Of a stretch of 64,000 nt of DNA, positions 62,076 through 64,000 are shown piece by piece. Every line of letters starts with the position of its first letter. Position 1 is the stretch's first letter. This DNA comes from Candidatus Dadabacteria bacterium. GTDB taxonomy: Bacteria > Desulfobacterota_D > UBA1144 > Nemesobacterales > CSP1-2. The notes beneath the pieces are model-generated. The model did no database searches. It was not told where the DNA came from and saw only the letters and a list, made by a program, of their open reading frames with translations. The DNA is taken from contig CAWDVW010000002.1 in assembly GCA_963805855.1 (NCBI GenBank), forward strand, positions 320,001-384,000, read 5' to 3'. Both the position numbers and the translations under genes were made by a program.

Positions 62076-64000
62076 TCCAGACCCAGGTTCTGCTGGATGA
62101 TCGACTGGTCGGCAGCGTTGGTCAGCCCGTCGAGGTTCAGGTCGTAGACGCTCGAGAGGCCGGATGACTCGCTGTAGAAGCGCCAGTCGGCGAGGTCCTT
62201 GCCATCGACGACGAAGTCGATGTTGCCGTCGCCCGGACAGGGCGGAGCGGAATCGAGAATCGCCTCGAGCTGTGCCGAGAGCGCATCATAGTTACGCTGC
62301 TCCTCGGGCGTCAGTTGATCGAGTGGCAGCTCGTCGCCCTCTTTGTCGAGCTTCGGAACCGGAACGGCCTCGTTGATCTCGTAGAACTCGGTAGTGACAG
62401 TGTCGACGCACGGCTCCTGCTGCGACACGTACTCCTTAAAGGAGTTCTGCACGATCTTGTAGCGATCATTGCGGATCGCGACCGCCGTCAGAGGCGTAAT
62501 ATCGTAGGGATCGTACCCATTCTCGACGACGAACGCGTTCACCTCACAGCAGAACTTGAAACCCGCTTCCGGGGCCCCCTTGGTGATCTCGGCATCGTGG
62601 CCGGCGCCCCACCAGGTGCCATTGTTGTCCTCGCAGACGCTCTGCGAGACCGGGATCTGCGTGCAGCCATTGCCGATGGTGCAGGGGCCGTTGATAGCGC
62701 CGCCGACCTGCAGGTTCACCCCGATCTGGGTGAAGTTCCACTCGCGGATGCTGCTCTGTGTCGCGTTCGTGAGGTAGGGCAGCATGGGCATGGCGTCGAT
62801 CGGCCGTGGCACCGCCTGCTGCACGTCGTCAATGCCGGCGATCTCGCCGAATAGCGCATAGAGGTCCGCGATATTCACCATGTCCGATACGACGCGGCCG
62901 GGCTCGCGCACCAGTGGTCCGGCGACGATCAGCGGCACCCAGACGCCGGTCTGATATACCGTGCCCTTGGTTCGCATTCTATCGAATGGCTCCTTGACCG
63001 TCGGGGCGAAGCTGCCGTTGTCGTCGACGATGATCACCATCGTGTCGCCGCCCCCCGGTTGATAGACAAGGCGGCCGTCTCCGCCGCGCTGTGCGATCCC
63101 CGTTTCCACCAGCAGGCGGCCCACCTCGGTGTCGATGTACTCGATCATAAGGTTCGAGAGCACCCGCTGCGCCGGAATATCGGAGCAATCCAGGTTGCTG
63201 CTCTCCACATTGCCCGACTGTGCCTCGTCGACCGGCGGCTGCACCAGCGGGGTATGGTCCGACGAGAAGCTGACCGTCGCCATCCACGGCTGATCCCCCG
63301 GGCGGTCGTTGATCCACGCGACTGCCTCATCGACGGCGAACGTGTCGCGAAATCGGCGCGCGCGCGGATCGGAGAGTGGCACCTGCTCGACCGAGCCGTC
63401 CGGGTAGTTGAACACCATCGGCGAGACATAGTGGCTATTCAGAGTCGTGAAGTTCAGATAGTCCGGTGGCGGCATCTGACAGGTCTTGTTCGGATCCAAG
63501 ATGCCGCCCTGATCCAGGCAGGTGCGCCCTGGCGGGACCGGTCCGCTACTTGTAAGCTCGCGGCACGTGCCGTCCGCCATGTAGCAGGCGCCCGAATCAG
63601 CTCCGCCGGTGGCGCTTGCCCCGGGGACGAAACCGCACGAGTAGGAGGTGTCGGGCGGTGCCACTCCCCCGGCCGTCTTGTCGATGGACGATGGCTCACC
63701 GGTCTCGTCGAGCCAACCCGCGAAGTAATTCCAGCCAAGGTTGTACGGCATGGCGAAGCCGGCCGGATCGTGCCCCTGCAGGGCCAGGTGGAACTTGCCG
63801 AACAGGGCGCTGTCGTAGCCGCGCTGGGCAAGCAGCTTGGGCGTCGTCATCTCAAAGGGGGAGACCATCGAGTTGGCCAGGTCGTCAGGGCCCAGGGCGC
63901 CGAGCACGTTGGTGCGCAGCGGGAAGCGTGCGTCGAAGATCACCGCGCGGCTGGGCGTACAGGCCGGCATCGACCAGGTGTTGTGAAAGCGAATTCCGGC
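62060..64000 (-). CDS. Sulfatase-family protein with C-terminal dockerin-like repeat (5' end outside the window)
   Basis: Frame open to the window edge; WSMPACTPSRA (CxPxR), FGKFHL, DDNG, KGTVYQTG, GDGNIDFVVD...DLNLDG; markedly GC-rich. Confidence 0.85.
   Translation of the reverse strand, partial: AGIRFHNTWSMPACTPSRAVIFDARFPLRTNVLGALGPDDLANSMVSPFEMTTPKLLAQRGYDSALFGKFHLALQGHDPAGFAMPYNLGWNYFAGWLDETGEPSSIDKTAGGVAPPDTSYSCGFVPGASATGGADSGACYMADGTCRELTSSGPVPPGRTCLDQGGILDPNKTCQMPPPDYLNFTTLNSHYVSPMVFNYPDGSVEQVPLSDPRARRFRDTFAVDEAVAWINDRPGDQPWMATVSFSSDHTPLVQPPVDEAQSGNVESSNLDCSDIPAQRVLSNLMIEYIDTEVGRLLVETGIAQRGGDGRLVYQPGGGDTMVIIVDDNGSFAPTVKEPFDRMRTKGTVYQTGVWVPLIVAGPLVREPGRVVSDMVNIADLYALFGEIAGIDDVQQAVPRPIDAMPMLPYLTNATQSSIREWNFTQIGVNLQVGGAINGPCTIGNGCTQIPVSQSVCEDNNGTWWGAGHDAEITKGAPEAGFKFCCEVNAFVVENGYDPYDITPLTAVAIRNDRYKIVQNSFKEYVSQQEPCVDTVTTEFYEINEAVPVPKLDKEGDELPLDQLTPEEQRNYDALSAQLEAILDSAPPCPGDGNIDFVVDGKDLADWRFYSESSGLSSVYDLNLDGLTNAADQSIIQQNLGLDCRAN

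Overview
Bacterial chromosome segment with a moderately AT-rich backbone. The gene repertoire and C-terminal sorting tails tentatively suggest a Dadabacteria/Desulfobacterota-like organism, but this is not established. Contents: copper-handling genes (multicopper oxidase, SCO, CopA, cupredoxin); a single caa3 oxidase + Rieske/cytochrome b operon; housekeeping genes (queG, pfp, ndh, degP, aroK, ribE, lspA, msrA); and an accessory/conflict region at ~27-37 kb (Phd-VapC, Fic, putative HEPN protein, BrnTA, a signal-peptide-bearing mini-Rhs toxin with an Imm27-like immunity gene). Also present are a surface-anchored thaumatin-like protein, a di-heme peroxidase-family protein with an unusual predicted axial ligand, tRNA-Pro(TGG), and a tRNA-Arg(TCT) broken off after the anticodon and followed by GC-rich foreign-looking DNA. 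Intergenic DNA is dense with small nested palindromic repeats; the most striking is a ~24-nt unit found in 0, 1 or 2 copies at the same position of a host hairpin. No CRISPR array or rRNA gene was seen. All family calls come from reading motifs by eye, not from database searches.
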